Positions 62,437 to 64,000 of a stretch of DNA of 64,000 nucleotides are shown piece after piece. Each line of letters opens with the position of its first letter. Position 1 is the first letter of the stretch. The DNA comes from Chiloscyllium plagiosum (lineage: Eukaryota): the NCBI RefSeq assembly GCF_004010195.1, contig NC_057720.1:9494244-9558243 (forward strand), written 5' to 3'. The position numbers and the translations under genes were made by a program. The notes under the pieces are model-generated. The model was not told the DNA's origin, did not search any database, and was given only the letters and a program-made list of their open reading frames with translations.

Positions 62437-63291
62437 ACCAAGAACAGAATTTGCTGGAAAAGCTCAGCAGGTCTGGTAGCGTCTGTGGAAAGAAATCAGA
62501 GTTAATGTTTTGGGTCTGGTGACCCTTCCTTATAACTGGTGGTATTGAATTGAATTTATTGTCACGTGACAATAGTTTGTCTTGCGAGCAATACTGGCAG
62601 ACCACAGAATTAAGTAGCAAAGATAAATGAATAATAGGTAAACAGTGGCAAAAACAAAAACACAGGTACAGGCGAATGTTAAGCGTTTGTGAGTCCATTC
62701 AGTATTCTAACAATAGTTGTTTAGAAACTGTTGCTATACTGGCTGGTGTTGTGTTCAGGCTTCTGTACCTTCTCCCTGATGGTAGAGATTGTAGAAAAAC
62801 ATTACCAGGGTGGGGTTGATCTTTGAGAATGCTGGCGGCCTTTCCTTGACGGAGGGCCTGGTAGATGGATTATAGTTGGGAGGTTGGCCTTTGTGAAAAT
62901 GTCAGTTTATATGCAGAAGAGAGGGTTGGGTGGAGGGGGGCGTTGGTGGGGTGGATGGGTGGGTGTGCGGAGGGGAGGCGGGAGGTGGGAAGAAGTACAC
63001 GATAGATACAGACAAAGCCCAAAGAGAGAGAAGAACAGGTGGACAGACAAAGGAGTGGATAACAATCTGTTTAGGAATGCAAATAGCTATTAATGGGGGC
63101 TGTTAGTGACTAACAATGGGTGGTGTGTAACAGCAGACTATGTGTTAACAAGGCCAGGTACAAGGAAAAGGGCATGAGAGCTCAAGCCCTCAAGCTATTG
63201 AACTCGGTATTGAGTCCAAGGGGTTTTGGGGGGGGGGGGGGGGGGAGGGGGTTATCCTAAATGGAAAATGAGGTGCTGTTCTTCCAACTTC
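62437..63291 (-). mobile_element. Family C PLE 3' fragment, split by a Rex1/Babar piece at about 62546-62900
   Basis: KLEEQHLIFHLG...PLGLNTEFNSLRA* (GIY-YIG C-terminus), UTR, then family C tail; inner piece translates to VFLQSLPSGRRYRSLNT with an (attca)n tail. Confidence 0.8.
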
Positions 63292-63649
63292 AATGTCTGT
63301 TTAATAATTCCATGACTGGGGCCAAGTGCAGGGAAATGGGGCTACTGTTGATGGACATTTCAGTCGGCATGGAGTAGTTTGGGCCAAAGAGCCTGTCTCT
63401 ATGCTGTCGGTCTCTATGACTCGAAGTGCACTTAAACACCAAGGGAGGGTGGCATGACTTCGGAAAGATCCTTGTCCCACAACTTCACAGCTTCTGATTT
63501 GGGCTGTCTTCTCCATCTGTACTAGAAAGACAATAATGTAAAACATTAATGTGGCTGGGCGAACATTTTTGCGGACATAAATTCAAATCCCACTATGCCA
63601 GGTAATGAAATTTGGATTCATTAAATATCTGGGATTAAAGCAAAACTCG

Positions 63650-63825
63650 GCAAAAGTGAGGGCTGAAAACGCTGGAAACCAGAGATTAGATCAGAGTGGT
63701 GCTGGAAAAGCACAGCAGGTCAGGCAGCATCCGAGGAGCAGGAAAGTTGACATTTCGGGCAAAAGCCCTTCATCAACTTAGTTGGAATGATGAAGGGCTT
63801 TTGCCCAAAACATCGATTTTCCATT
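63650..63825. mobile_element. Self-inverted family A insert with short right arm
   Basis: tttcgggcaaaagcccttcatca ... tgatgaagggcttttgcccaaaac. Confidence 0.8.
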
Positions 63826-64000
63826 TTAAAAAACTACCCGAATGATGACCATTTGGTAAAAAAAACTATCAGGTTCAGTAACGTCCTTCAGGGAAGGAAA
63901 TAAAATCATAAGAAATAGGAACAGGAGTAGGCCATTTGGCCCCCCAGTAAGATCATGGCTGGGTTCCTCATGCTCACCTTCCTGCATCTTCTCCTTAATT

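Noticed and set aside
63228..63251. Poly-G tract as a functional G-quadruplex
   Set aside because: Homopolymer expansion within a dead PLE frame; no evidence of function.

Overview
Eukaryotic, repeat-dominated non-coding DNA, almost certainly from a cartilaginous fish. This is inferred from HE1-type V-SINEs and their CR1-clade HER1-type partner LINEs. I find no intact host gene or supportable exon: the ORFs I could assign are broken transposon frames or chance frames in repeats. Contents: many nested CR1 LINE pieces (three retain ORF1 with an SGNH esterase), about 15 HE1 SINEs, other SINE families, Rex1/Babar pieces, one decayed Ty3/Gypsy element of about 9 kb, and 3' ends of Penelope-like elements (PLEs, GIY-YIG endonuclease). 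Main result: four sequence-distinct repeat families (my labels A-D) each carry a minimal type I hammerhead ribozyme motif: stem I-CUGANGA-one extra nt-stem II-GAAA-2 nt-UH-stem I, with a palindromic ACGU or AGCU stem III. More than ten copies occur as 130-230 bp self-inverted inserts folded at or near the ribozyme, many with 13-16 bp target-site duplications (TSDs), and in the copies compared both arms share private variants. All coordinates were read by eye. Repeat boundaries are approximate (tens of bp) except where TSDs or motifs are quoted.
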